DNA of 64,000 nt, taken from the NCBI GenBank assembly GCA_963662335.2, contig CAXXVD010000001.1, positions 96,001 to 160,000 of the forward strand. The letters run 5' to 3'. Under the pieces are notes generated by a model. The model was not told the origin of the DNA and made no database searches. It saw nothing but the letters and a program-made list of their open reading frames with translations. This DNA comes from Chloroflexota bacterium (GTDB taxonomy: Bacteria; Chloroflexota; UBA11872; VXOZ01). Shown here piece by piece: positions 19,584 to 29,758 of the stretch. Positions within the stretch are counted from its first letter, which is position 1; every line of letters begins with the position of its first letter. The translations under genes were made by a program, and so were the position numbers.

Positions 19584-20375
19584 CTAACTACTCGCGCTGG
19601 AGTATTTCGTCAACGCCAGGCGCCAGAAGAGGTGGGAGAGGATGAGGATAGCGGCGGTCATGGCGAAGGCGGTGAGGGCGAAGACCGGGCTGAGGATGCC
19701 CATGAGGGCTTGGCTGGGGACGGTGGCGATGAAGGCTACCGGCAGCACGAACATGAGACCGATTCGGAGCGAGCCACGAAATACGTCGGTAGGTACGCGG
19801 GCGATCTCGATGAAGTTGTAGTAGAGATGCGCCACGTTGTTGAGCCTGCCAGCCCAGAAAGTAACCGACACGACCATGAACCAGAGGGAATAGGCCATCA
19901 AGCTCGCGCAGAGTATTAGCCCAACGTAAAGCAGCGCGCTGTGCCATTCAATCGGTTGCGCGAGCATCCCAATTGCGTACCAGAGTACAGCGCACCCAGT
20001 AACCACCTGTACTAGCGGGTCCCAATCGAACCGCCGCGTTGAGACGTAGAAGCGAGAGCTTACCGGCTTGCTCAGCACGAAATCGAGCTCCCCGCGATTG
20101 ATAAGCCCGGAGAGCGCGTTCATGTTTTCGCCGAAGATCGACTCCACGATGCCGTCCACAATCATCACGGTGGCCGCCAGTACCAGCATCTGCTCCATGC
20201 GCCAACCAGCAACTGACTGCACGTGGGCGAAGATGAATTGGACCGAAAGCACGTAGACCACAGCAAAGAGAACCGTCGCAACGCTCCAGATCGTGAAACT
20301 CAGCCGGTATTCCAGCGAGTCGAGGATGGAATTCTTGGCAAAGGCGCGATAGAGCCGCACGTATCGTTGCATCAT
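19584..20375 (-). CDS. ABC-2 type permease (DUF990 family), subunit B, copy 1
   Basis: Close paralog of 17968..18756; both end LTKYSSASS. Confidence 0.85.
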   Translation of the reverse strand: MMQRYVRLYRAFAKNSILDSLEYRLSFTIWSVATVLFAVVYVLSVQFIFAHVQSVAGWRMEQMLVLAATVMIVDGIVESIFGENMNALSGLINRGELDFVLSKPVSSRFYVSTRRFDWDPLVQVVTGCAVLWYAIGMLAQPIEWHSALLYVGLILCASLMAYSLWFMVVSVTFWAGRLNNVAHLYYNFIEIARVPTDVFRGSLRIGLMFVLPVAFIATVPSQALMGILSPVFALTAFAMTAAILILSHLFWRLALTKYSSASS

Positions 20376-21188
20376 TCAGCCTCCATACGCGCCATAGCGG
20401 CGCACCCCGGCGGCAAACACCCACTGCATGAGCAGGAACGCCAGCGCCAACCACATGCCCTGCATAGCGAGTCCACCGAGCGCAGACGGAAAGTCGAGCC
20501 GGCCCTGGAGCAACTGCACCGGGAAGAAGTAGAGGTAGCGAAACGGCAGGAAGAACGTCATTCGCTCCACTGCCGCCGGCATCAAGTCCAAAGGGATGAT
20601 GTTCCCGGCCAAGAAAATCTTGACTACGATAAACACTTGGGCAATTCCATCCACACGGCCTATCCAGAACGCCAAGAGGCCGATGGCCAGCTTGAGGCAA
20701 TAGCTCAGCAAGAATGAGAGCACCATGCTTGCCAGCAGGATTGGCGCAGTTGCCCACGTGAGCGCGAACGCATCCAGCAGGCCCGGCCCAAGAATGAGGA
20801 CAATCAATAGTATGAGTGGAATGAGAAAGAAGAGCCGGACGCCTCTTCCAGCGACTTCACCTGCTAGCAACCACAGTTGGAACGGGAACGGCCGCACAAG
20901 ATGCAGGGAAATAGTGCCATTGCGAATCAAGTAGCTCGAGTACCCCTCCGGATAGGGCGTCAGAATCGTGTTCAAGGCCAAGAACATGACGTAGTAGTGT
21001 ACCATGTCCGCGACCGCGTACTCTCCGACCCGATCAACGGTGCGGTACGCCGCCAGCCAAAACGCAATCATCACGAGCGGTATAACGGCGTCGTTGATGA
21101 ACCACACAAATCCTTCAGCGCGATACGTGAGGGCATCTTGCCATGAGAATAGAAGGGCTGCGCGTAATTTACGAAACAGCTTCCGCAT
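20376..21188 (-). CDS. ABC-2 type permease (DUF990 family), subunit A, copy 1
   Basis: Paralog of 18760..19572; start MRKLFRK at 21188 overlaps the ATPase 3' end. Confidence 0.82.
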   Translation of the reverse strand: MRKLFRKLRAALLFSWQDALTYRAEGFVWFINDAVIPLVMIAFWLAAYRTVDRVGEYAVADMVHYYVMFLALNTILTPYPEGYSSYLIRNGTISLHLVRPFPFQLWLLAGEVAGRGVRLFFLIPLILLIVLILGPGLLDAFALTWATAPILLASMVLSFLLSYCLKLAIGLLAFWIGRVDGIAQVFIVVKIFLAGNIIPLDLMPAAVERMTFFLPFRYLYFFPVQLLQGRLDFPSALGGLAMQGMWLALAFLLMQWVFAAGVRRYGAYGG

Positions 21189-22170
21189 ACGTTGACTGTC
21201 CACCGGAGAAGAGCTGGCGCACCACGTCGTCGACCTCGGGCTCGACGATGTTGAGGTCCAGCACCGGGTAGTCCTGCAAGAGTTGCGCGGAGACCTGCGG
21301 CACGGCGTCGCGGGCAATGCGCAGGGTGGTGGTGCGGGGGCGGTAGGAGGTTACTGCGCCGTATCTTTCCAATTCAGCTTCCGCCACCGGAGACGCGAAC
21401 GTGACCGTCATGAATTTGTAGTCCGCATAGCGGCGCACGACCGTCTCCAGGTCGCCGTCGAAGACGAGATGCCCGTGGTCGATGATGAGCACCCGGTCGC
21501 AGAGGGCCTCCACGTCGCGCATGTAGTGGCTGGTGAGGATGACCGTCGCGCCGTAGCGGGCGTTGTACTCGCGCACGAAATTGCGAATATTCTGCTGCAT
21601 CACCACGTCGAGGCCGATGGTCGGCTCGTCCAGGAAGAGCACCTGCGGCCGGTGCAGGAGCGCGGCCAGCAACTCGCACTTCATGCGCTCGCCCAGCGAA
21701 AGCTTGCGCGCCTGCACGTTGATGACCTTCTCTAGCTCCAGGATTTGCACCAGTGTGTCGAGCGTTTCCTGAAACTGCGCGTCCGGCACCTCGTAGATCT
21801 CTTTGTTGATGAGAAAGGTCTCCATAGGCGGCAGGTCCCACCAGACCTGGTTCTTCTGCCCCATCACCAAGGCAAAGCGCCGCTGGAAGGCCGCCTGGCG
21901 TTCCCACGGCGTGTACCCGAGCACGGAAACCTCGCCGCCGGTGGGGTAGAGCAGGCCGGAGAGCACCTTGAGCGTGGTGGTCTTGCCCGCGCCGTTGGGC
22001 CCCAGGAAGCCGACCAATTCGCCGCTCTCGATGGCAAACGAGATGTCGTCCACCGCCTTCACGTCGTAGGTCTTGCGCCGCACGAACGACTTGAGCGAGC
22101 CCACCAGACCCGGTTCCTTCTGGTGGACTTCGTAGTATTTTGAGAGATTCTTAACTGAAATTGCGCTCAT
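21169..22170 (-). CDS. ABC transporter ATP-binding protein
   Basis: GPNGAGKTT, LSLGERMK, LFLDEPTIGLD, TSH. Confidence 0.92.
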   Translation of the reverse strand: MSAISVKNLSKYYEVHQKEPGLVGSLKSFVRRKTYDVKAVDDISFAIESGELVGFLGPNGAGKTTTLKVLSGLLYPTGGEVSVLGYTPWERQAAFQRRFALVMGQKNQVWWDLPPMETFLINKEIYEVPDAQFQETLDTLVQILELEKVINVQARKLSLGERMKCELLAALLHRPQVLFLDEPTIGLDVVMQQNIRNFVREYNARYGATVILTSHYMRDVEALCDRVLIIDHGHLVFDGDLETVVRRYADYKFMTVTFASPVAEAELERYGAVTSYRPRTTTLRIARDAVPQVSAQLLQDYPVLDLNIVEPEVDDVVRQLFSGGQSTYAEAVS

Positions 22171-22399
22171 GGCCTTCTCGGTTAGCGCGCCGGTCGCCGT
22201 GGGTTGAGCAACCAGGTCATACAGCGGAGCTACTTATGATATTCTAGCACGTACCCCATGCTCCTCAGAGGCGGCGTTAGGAGGACGCTTGCCGTACGTA
22301 CTTCGGCAAGTTCAGTACGAACGGCGCTTTCTCTACCTCACCGGGCAAACGGAGAAGCGTATCACTACAGCCTAGAGAAAGCGCACTGGAGAGCCTCTG

Positions 22400-23023
22400 T
22401 TGGACACAGAATCACAGACTGAGACACCCGAAGCCTCACCGCCGGTCGTCAACATCGTGGGGCAGAAGGTCGCGCTCGGCCCGCTGCGCAAAGACCTCGT
22501 ACCCACCTACACGCGCTGGTACAACGATTTCTACACACTGCGCACGCTCGGTACCACGCCCGTGCCGCTGACCTTGGAGCAGGACGAAAAGCAGCATGAG
22601 CGCTTGGTTGCCAATAGCGCGACTGAGATCTCGTTTACGGTCTACGAACGGAGCAGATCACGTCCGATTGGCAATGCCGGCCTCTTCGATGTCGACTATC
22701 GCAACCGCACTGCCGAACTGGGCCTTATCATTGCTGAACCGGACGCCCGCAACAAAGGCTATGGTACGGAAACTACGCGGCTCGTGGTCGATTATGCCTT
22801 TATCGGATTGGGCTTGCACAACGTGATGCTCACGGTGTTCGAGTACAATCTGGCCGGCATCCGCGTCTACGCGAAGGCCGGCTTTAAGGAGTTCGGCAGG
22901 CAGCGCGAGAGCATCTTCATGGGCGGCAAGCTGTGGGACATCATCCTTATGGATTGCCTGTCCAGTGAGTGGGTGCCCGGCCCCGTGCTGGCGGATGTCT
23001 TCAAGCCGGACGAGCCACGATAG
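22400..23023 (+). CDS. GNAT acetyltransferase (RimJ/RimL/SpeG-like), copy 1
   Basis: PIGN, RNKGYGTE, N.AGIRVY.KAGFKEFG; TTG start. Confidence 0.85.
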   Translation: MDTESQTETPEASPPVVNIVGQKVALGPLRKDLVPTYTRWYNDFYTLRTLGTTPVPLTLEQDEKQHERLVANSATEISFTVYERSRSRPIGNAGLFDVDYRNRTAELGLIIAEPDARNKGYGTETTRLVVDYAFIGLGLHNVMLTVFEYNLAGIRVYAKAGFKEFGRQRESIFMGGKLWDIILMDCLSSEWVPGPVLADVFKPDEPR

Positions 23024-23152
23024 CGTTTCCTAATGACGACTTCCGTACGCCCCCGTATCGTGTCGATACACTGTATCGAGTTCGGGGCAGGCTCTGAGCC
23101 TGTCTAAGGGCAATGCGCAGTACAAAGTGTGTCAGTTTCCCAGGGAGTGAGG

Positions 23153-23785
23153 ATGGCTGAGAAACAACAAGACAAGACACCTGAAGCCACATCGCCAATC
23201 TTCAACATCGTTGGCGAGAAAGTGGCCCTTGGCCCCCTGCGCAAAGACCTGGTGCCTACCTATTTGCGCTGGTTCAACGACTTCGGCACGCTGCGCACCC
23301 TGGGACAGTTGCCCGTGCCGCTCACCTTGGAACAGGAAGAAAAATGGTACGAGCGGGCGGTCACGCGCGGCGATTCCGACATAGCCTTTACCATCTATGA
23401 GAAGGCCACCGCGCGGCCCATCGGCAACGTCGATCTCCGTGACATCGATCATCGCAACCGCACTGCCGCCTTTGGCATCGCAATCGGCGAGCCGGACGCC
23501 CGCGGCAAGGGCTACGGCACGGAAGCGACTCAACTCATGCTGGACTATGCGTTCACGGCGCAGGGCCTGCATAACGTGATGCTGCACGTCCACGAATACA
23601 ACCTGGCCGGCATCCGCGCGTACACCAAGGCTGGTTTTAAAGAATTCGGCCGCCGCCGCGAGTGCCACTTCATGGGCGGCAGGTACTGGGACCTGGTCCA
23701 CATGGAGTGCCTGGCCTCGGAGTGGGGCCCCAGCCCGGTACTGGCCGCGGTCTTCAAGCCCGATGAGCCGCGTCCGGCCACCTAG
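23153..23785 (+). CDS. GNAT acetyltransferase (RimJ/RimL/SpeG-like), copy 2
   Basis: Tandem paralog sharing KVALGPLRKDLVPTY and VFKPDEPR. Confidence 0.87.
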   Translation: MAEKQQDKTPEATSPIFNIVGEKVALGPLRKDLVPTYLRWFNDFGTLRTLGQLPVPLTLEQEEKWYERAVTRGDSDIAFTIYEKATARPIGNVDLRDIDHRNRTAAFGIAIGEPDARGKGYGTEATQLMLDYAFTAQGLHNVMLHVHEYNLAGIRAYTKAGFKEFGRRRECHFMGGRYWDLVHMECLASEWGPSPVLAAVFKPDEPRPAT

Positions 23786-23814
23786 CTGCGGCAGCCGCCC
23801 GGCATTGACCCACC

Positions 23815-24212
23815 TCCGTTCGCCCTGAGCCACCTCCGTTGCCTCTGAGCCATCTCCGCTCGCCCTGAGCTTGTCGAAGGGCAAAAAGCGCGGGACTATT
23901 CATACTTGCACTGCTGCAATCCGTTCATGCTTCGACAAGCTCTGCACGAACAGATTGCATAGACGCGCTCAGTGAATCCGTTCGCCCTGAGCCTGTCGAA
24001 GGGCAAGAACGTGGGGTAAGCATCTCTTGATCTGCCAAAGGCCGTTCATGCTTCGACAAACTCAGCACGAACGGCCTATCGCCTGAGGCGCGCCCTCGCA
24101 GTTGGAGACTGATCCCGCTCGCCCTGAGCCTGTCGAAGGACGAGAACGTAGGATCGCCACTATCCTGCCTGCTGCCCGCCGTTCATGCTTCGACACACTC
24201 AGCACGAACGGC
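23815..24212. repeat. Array of three family-C REP doublets (CCGTTCGCCCTGAGCCTGTCGAAGGG / CTTCGACAAGCTCAGCACGAACGG)
   Basis: Alternating inverted arms with unique spacers; related copies near 22293, 23093, 29759 and 54319. Confidence 0.82.
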
Positions 24213-24266
24213 TAAAGGCATCGCGCGCAGGCTTCAACCTATTCCGCGGACTTCTAATCCGCGTAC

Positions 24267-25052
24267 TTACGCCAGCCCCAGGCGCTGCTCCAAGAACTCG
24301 CGGTTATACACTGCCGAGGCGCGCGCGTCGTCGCCGGTGGCGGTTTCCAGCACCAGCCAGCCGTCGTAGCCGATGGCGTCGATTGCCGCGAAGATGGCGT
24401 CCCAATCCAGCGGCCCGTCGCCCATCAGCGGGATGCGGTCCGGTTCCTTGGTGTGGATTTGGCTAATCATGCTGCCAAGCGCCCGCAGATCAGCAGCGGG
24501 GTCGAACCCCTGCGTGTGCGCGTTGCCCACGTCGAAGTAGACGCCAATCTGCGGCGAATCAACGGCGGCGAGCAAGCGGCGGAAGCGCGCCACCGACTGC
24601 GGGTGCGTACGGCCCACGCTCTCCGGGGCCATGATCACGCCCGCACTCTCCGCCGCGGGCATGATCTCGCTGAACCCGTCCACCCAGCGGGCAAAGGATT
24701 CTTCATAGGGCTGTTCCGGCGGCGCGTCCATGGCGCAAAGAATCAGGCACGCATCAAGATAGGCCGCAGCCGCGATGGTCTCGGTGGCCACGCGAATGCC
24801 CTGCGCCCGCGCCGCGCTATCGCCCGTCAGCATCACGCCCAGATTGCCCACGCACAGCGAACACACCGCTACCCCCGTCTCCGCCGATTGGCGCTTCAGC
24901 AAGTCCCAACCGGACTGTTCCGCCAGCACGTTCCCGACCGGGTCCCGGGCGCTGATGGAAAACTCCACGCCCGCAAAGCCCAGTTCCGCCGCCAGCGGCA
25001 GAGCGTCCCCGCCATCTGCGCCGATAGAACCGGTGCGCGTGCCGATCTTCAT
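24267..25052 (-). CDS. Sugar phosphate isomerase/epimerase (AP_endonuc_2 TIM barrel)
   Basis: GFAGVEF, APES, YFDVGN, QIHTKE, GYDGWLVLE. Confidence 0.82.
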   Translation of the reverse strand: MKIGTRTGSIGADGGDALPLAAELGFAGVEFSISARDPVGNVLAEQSGWDLLKRQSAETGVAVCSLCVGNLGVMLTGDSAARAQGIRVATETIAAAAYLDACLILCAMDAPPEQPYEESFARWVDGFSEIMPAAESAGVIMAPESVGRTHPQSVARFRRLLAAVDSPQIGVYFDVGNAHTQGFDPAADLRALGSMISQIHTKEPDRIPLMGDGPLDWDAIFAAIDAIGYDGWLVLETATGDDARASAVYNREFLEQRLGLA

Positions 25053-26086
25053 GTCGCCACCACTTCCAGGTCGTCGGTAATCCGCACCTCGCTGCGCAGT
25101 TCCGCCGACTTCTGCCCGGCGTACGTAAAGGCGAACGACCGCAGCGCGTCGTCGTACGGTGAGAGGATGCCCTCCTGGGTGTTGTTGGCAACCGCGTTGA
25201 CGAACGCCTGATTGAGCAGGAAGTTCGAATCTTGCTCAGACTCGATGGTCTCCGCTGCCTGGCCCGGGCGCAAGACGGTCGTGCTGCCAAATCCCGCCGT
25301 CACGGTCATGTCTTTTGCGAGAATGTGGAGCACGTTGGTGACGTTTGGCGGCACGCCGGCATGGGCCGCGGGCGAGTTGCCGATCAAGCCCACCGCGCGG
25401 TTCTTGAAGCGCACGGTAGCGGCGTTTACGTCGAAGATGTTCAGCTTCGGTTCGTCCGTGAGCAGCACCGTGTCGCCGGCGGCGTAGACGGTGTCCGGCT
25501 CGCCCACGAAGTACCGCACCAGGTCGATGCCGTGGGTGTGCTGCTCGATGAGCATGCCGCCGGACTGCTCCTGAATCCGCCACCACGGCGTGCCCGGCAA
25601 CTGGCCCCAGCGCACGGCAATCACCATGCCGATCGGCACGCCCTCCAGCAAGGCGCGCGTCTGCTGCACGGAAGACCCGTAGCGCATCTGGTAACCGACG
25701 GAATTCACGACTCCCTTTTCGGCAATGTGCGCCGCGATTTCCTTGGCGAGGGAAAGCTCAATGGCGATCGGCTTCTCGATCATCACCGCCTTGCCGGCCC
25801 CGATCACGTCGTGGTCAATCTCGCCGTGGGCAAATGTCGGCAGCGAGATGTAGACGGCGTCCAATTCCACCGCGTCGAGCATGGCGCGGTGATTGGAGAA
25901 GAGGCCCGGCTGAATGGGCGCCGCCCCTTCCGGCAGCGCGCCGTTGATCGTCTCCACCGCTCCCGCGCAGCGCGGCTCGTCGATGTCGCACAACGCGGCA
26001 ATCTCGGCCTCCGGTATGCGCACCAGGTGCCGCATCTCGTGCACGGACCGCCCGCCAACGCCAATGATGCCAATTCTTACGGACAC
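25049..26086 (-). CDS. Gfo/Idh/MocA family oxidoreductase
   Basis: IGIIGVG, IEKPIA, VGYQMRY, SGGMLIEQHTHGID. Confidence 0.88.
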   Translation of the reverse strand: MSVRIGIIGVGGRSVHEMRHLVRIPEAEIAALCDIDEPRCAGAVETINGALPEGAAPIQPGLFSNHRAMLDAVELDAVYISLPTFAHGEIDHDVIGAGKAVMIEKPIAIELSLAKEIAAHIAEKGVVNSVGYQMRYGSSVQQTRALLEGVPIGMVIAVRWGQLPGTPWWRIQEQSGGMLIEQHTHGIDLVRYFVGEPDTVYAAGDTVLLTDEPKLNIFDVNAATVRFKNRAVGLIGNSPAAHAGVPPNVTNVLHILAKDMTVTAGFGSTTVLRPGQAAETIESEQDSNFLLNQAFVNAVANNTQEGILSPYDDALRSFAFTYAGQKSAELRSEVRITDDLEVVAT

Positions 26087-26271
26087 GGTAATCTGCTCCC
26101 TTCATCCAACTACGGTTTCCTCATGCAGCGCGACTCCGCCGGCGCCCGCCGCCCCGGCGCGTCACGTGCCTATTGTACGCCCCGCAGCGTGAAACACAAA
26201 ACCGCCGCCCGGCCGGCAAAACATCTTACAGTTCAAGACTTTGCCGCCTTCGATCAAGTGTTCGCGACTGT

Positions 26272-26393
26272 TGTCATTCCGAGCGCAGCGAGGAATCTAG
26301 GGCTCGTCCCGCAGCGGATTCTTCATTGCCGCGCACGAGATTCTTCGTCGCGGAGTTTATCCTGAGCTAGCCGAAGGACTCCTCAGAATGACA
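26272..26393. repeat. Family-B REP doublet with a nested family-C-like insert
   Basis: TGTCATTCCGAGCGCAGCGAGGAATCT ... AGATTCTTCGTCG ... CTCAGAATGACA. Confidence 0.6.
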
Positions 26394-26548
26394 TATGGAG
26401 TTTGCGGCCGAACCTGTGGCGCGTGCGTTCTCGAGCGCTCCTGTGTGCTGCACGTCCACGCCTGCCGCTTGTGAACGGGCGTTGTTTGGCACGTTGTGGC
26501 GGTCTATACTGACCGGTGTACGAACAGATGGCTTTGGAGAATTGCGCC

Positions 26549-27439
26549 GTGCAACTGACCGGCATCTACCCGCCGCTGGCGACGCCGTTCGTCCAGCAGG
26601 AACTCGCGCTGGACCTGCTGGCGGAGAACGTCAGGAAACTCGCGCCTGCGGGCCTCGCCGGCTTCGTCGCGCTTGGCTCCAACGGCGAACTGCCCGCGCT
26701 CACCGAGACCGAAAAGCTACAGGTGGTCGAGACCGTGGTGGCGAACGCTCCCGCACAGTCGCAAGTGATCGCGGGCGTGGGCTACGAATCGACCCGGCAG
26801 GCGCTCACGTTTATTGCCCAGGCCGCTACGTACGGCGCGCAGGCCGCCCTCGTGCTGCCGCCTTCGTACTACAAGGCCGCCCTTACGCCGGACGTGCTGC
26901 GCGGCTACTACACGGCGCTGGCGGATGCGGCCGCCCTGCCGCTGCTGCTCTACAACATGCCCGCCAACACCGGCGTGAACCTGGGGCCGGACGTGGTCGT
27001 GCCCCTGGCGGAACACCCGCGCATCCTCGGCCTGAAGGATAGCTCCGGCAACATCGTTCAGATCACGGAAATCATCCGGCAGACGCAAGGCGCGGACTTT
27101 GCGGTGCTGGCGGGATCGGCCAGCTTTCTCTTTACGTCTCTCTGCGTGGGCGCAACCGGCGGCGTGGCCGCGCTGGCGAATCTCGCGCCGCGGGAGTGCG
27201 TGCAACTCTTCAAACACTTTCAAAACGGCGAGATGGACGCGGCGCGCGCGCTTCAATACCGGCTCATGGCGCCCAACGCCGCCGTCACGACCCGCTTCGG
27301 CGTCGCCGGCCTGAAAGCGGCCATGACCCTCTGCGGCTACCACGGCGGCGAGCCGCGCCAGCCGCTCGCGCCGCTGCCGCCGGCGCAGCACGCCGAAGTG
27401 AGCGCCATTCTCGCCGAGGCCCTACTGCCTGCGAAGTAG
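26549..27439 (+). CDS. Dihydrodipicolinate synthase family aldolase (HOGA/DapA-like)
   Basis: GIYPPLATPF, LGSNGE, LYNMP, GLKDSSG; GTG start after GGAG. Confidence 0.85.
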   Translation: MQLTGIYPPLATPFVQQELALDLLAENVRKLAPAGLAGFVALGSNGELPALTETEKLQVVETVVANAPAQSQVIAGVGYESTRQALTFIAQAATYGAQAALVLPPSYYKAALTPDVLRGYYTALADAAALPLLLYNMPANTGVNLGPDVVVPLAEHPRILGLKDSSGNIVQITEIIRQTQGADFAVLAGSASFLFTSLCVGATGGVAALANLAPRECVQLFKHFQNGEMDAARALQYRLMAPNAAVTTRFGVAGLKAAMTLCGYHGGEPRQPLAPLPPAQHAEVSAILAEALLPAK

Positions 27440-27458
27440 CTCGCGACGTGGGTGGCTG

Positions 27459-28346
27459 CTACGTGGTGGGAGCGAACAGCTTACAGCCGTCACACGCCCG
27501 GCTTATGGGCAGTTTCTCGCGCTTTTCCTCGCAGAACTTGCAGCCGTGCATGCCAAAGAACCACAGCGCGGGGTCCAGCGCGGCGCATGTGCCTTCTATA
27601 CCCGGCGGTCCACCAAAGTCCGCTTCCGCGACCGCTTCCTGCCACGCCGCGTGGATGATAGGCTTTGCCTTCTCAACAGTGAGATCGCCTGTCTGGGTCA
27701 CGCCAAGGTTTTCAGTGACGCGCTTTACATGCACGTCAACCGCTACAGTGAGAACGTTAATGCCATTAATCTTGGCCCCGCCGGGATTCGCCAGAATGCG
27801 CACCCACATAGGCCCAACTTTAGGACCCCTAAGCTTGGGATAGCGGTTCCTGCCATGCCGTTTGCTCCGCAAGTCTCGGAGCACTTCTTCGGCTTCGCCA
27901 ACACCATCGGCAACCGCGCGGGCGACCGCCCCTTCCCCAGAAGCCAAGCTCGACGCTATAGCGCTCCATGCCTCTGAATCCGGCCGATGATACCGGCTAA
28001 CCCCATGACTTGCTAATACTTCCCGCAGTGAGTCAATAGGTATAGCGGCGACCTTTGCCGGCTCAAATAGCTCCGGCCGCACGTGAAAGAACTCCAACCC
28101 GACGCGCCACAGGAGTTTGGCGTCTCTCATGGTGTTCATGGCCGAAATGAACGTGAGGAATTGCCGCACGTCGCGACTGGACACGCCTAGATCACGCAAC
28201 TCATCAACGCATTTCTTCGCAGGCATTTCAAGCCACGTGTCGCTCTGTACTATTCCTCTCAGTGACAAATCGAGGTTTGTGCCGTAGAAGTCGTTGGCGA
28301 TAGTTTCCGCCAACCGCGCGGCGCGTGTAGTTTTTTCGTCATTCAC
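27459..28346 (-). CDS. HhH-GPD superfamily DNA glycosylase-like protein with C-terminal 4-Cys cluster
   Basis: LRGPKVG (HhH-like), VAVDVHVKRV, LWFFG..GCKFC...ACDGC. Confidence 0.6.
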   Translation of the reverse strand: MNDEKTTRAARLAETIANDFYGTNLDLSLRGIVQSDTWLEMPAKKCVDELRDLGVSSRDVRQFLTFISAMNTMRDAKLLWRVGLEFFHVRPELFEPAKVAAIPIDSLREVLASHGVSRYHRPDSEAWSAIASSLASGEGAVARAVADGVGEAEEVLRDLRSKRHGRNRYPKLRGPKVGPMWVRILANPGGAKINGINVLTVAVDVHVKRVTENLGVTQTGDLTVEKAKPIIHAAWQEAVAEADFGGPPGIEGTCAALDPALWFFGMHGCKFCEEKREKLPISRACDGCKLFAPTT

Positions 28347-28397
28347 CGTGTGGTGCCTCTCACGTTGGCGTTGCAGTCAGATCCCCGCTAGCGCCAA

Positions 28398-29561
28398 TTA
28401 CGTCTTCACCGCCGCCAGCCGCTCCATCGCCTCCTTCAGCCGGTCGGTCGGGCACGCCAGCGAAATGCGGAAGTAGCCTTCGCCCGCCTCACCAAAGCCC
28501 ACGCCGGGTGTGATCACCAGGCCCGCCTCGTCCAGCAGCCGCACGGAGAAATCGATGGCGGAGATGCCCGCCGGTGTGGGCGACCACACGTAGAGGCTGG
28601 CCTTGGGCGTCTGCGCGTTCAGCCCCATGCCCGCCAGGGCGTTCAGGATCAGGTCGCGGCGTTCCTGGTAGATGGCGTTGCGCTCGTCGATCCACGCCTG
28701 CGGCGTCTCGTTCAGCGCCACCACGCCGGCCTCCTGCACCGCGCGAAAGATACCGGAGTCGATATTGGTCTTCACCCGCCCCAGCGCCTCGATGATGTCG
28801 GTATTGCCCACGGCCATGCCGATGCGCCAGCCGGTCATGTTGTAGGTCTTGGAGAGCGAATGGAACTCGATGCCCACGTCCATCGCGCCGTCCACTTCCA
28901 GGAAACTCAGCGGCTTATAGCCGTCGAAGCAGACCTCGGTGTAGGCCGCGTCGTGGGCGATGATCAGGTCGTGCTCCTTGCCGAACGCCACGCACTCCTC
29001 GAAGAACGCGCGCGGCGCCACCGCCGCCGTCGGGTTGTTCGGATAGCAGATCCAGAGCAGCTTGGCGCGCCGGATTACGTCTTGCGGAATGGCCTTGAGG
29101 TCGGGCAGAAAATCGTTCTCCGCCCGCAGCGGCACGTAGTAGGTCTCGCCGTCGGAGAAGAGCGTGCCCGTGTGGTAGACCGGATAGCCGGGGTCGGTGG
29201 CCAGCACCACGTCGCCGGGATCCACCACCGCCACCGGAAAGTGCGCGATGCCCTCTTTGGAGCCGATCAGCGAGACCACTTGGGTCTCCGGGTCCAGCTT
29301 CACGCCAAACCGCTTGCCATACCACGCCGCCACCGCCGCGCGGAATTCAGGCAGGCCCTCGTACTCCGGGTACTGGTGGGTGTAGGGCTTGGCCGCGGCC
29401 GCCGCCAGCGCGTCGATCACGTGCTGCGGCGTGGGCAGATCGGGATCCCCGATGCCCAGCGAGATGACGTCCACGCCCTCCTGCCGCTTGGCGGCAATGC
29501 GCCGGTCAACTTCGGCAAACAAGTACGGCGGCAGTTTGGCGATCCGATTGGCAAAACGCAT
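28398..29561 (-). CDS. dapL: LL-diaminopimelate aminotransferase
   Basis: LPPYLFAE, LGIGDPD, LIGSKEGIAH, YPNNPT, HDAAY, EFHSLSKTYNMTGWRIG, KTNIDSG. Confidence 0.85.
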   Translation of the reverse strand: MRFANRIAKLPPYLFAEVDRRIAAKRQEGVDVISLGIGDPDLPTPQHVIDALAAAAAKPYTHQYPEYEGLPEFRAAVAAWYGKRFGVKLDPETQVVSLIGSKEGIAHFPVAVVDPGDVVLATDPGYPVYHTGTLFSDGETYYVPLRAENDFLPDLKAIPQDVIRRAKLLWICYPNNPTAAVAPRAFFEECVAFGKEHDLIIAHDAAYTEVCFDGYKPLSFLEVDGAMDVGIEFHSLSKTYNMTGWRIGMAVGNTDIIEALGRVKTNIDSGIFRAVQEAGVVALNETPQAWIDERNAIYQERRDLILNALAGMGLNAQTPKASLYVWSPTPAGISAIDFSVRLLDEAGLVITPGVGFGEAGEGYFRISLACPTDRLKEAMERLAAVKT

Positions 29562-29758
29562 GTGTGCATCCTCTTTCGTGTGCGCGTGTGTTCAGCTTCT
29601 CCTAAAGGGGAATTGGGGCTCCCCAACATGCAAAGCAGTCGCAATATACGGTATCACGAAACCGAACGAGAGCGGTAATTGCGCGAAGTAGCGCCTACGG
29701 TGTGTCAAGAACCGATTCAGCGGGACGGGAGAGCGCTACTGAAGTAGACGGTCTCTTC

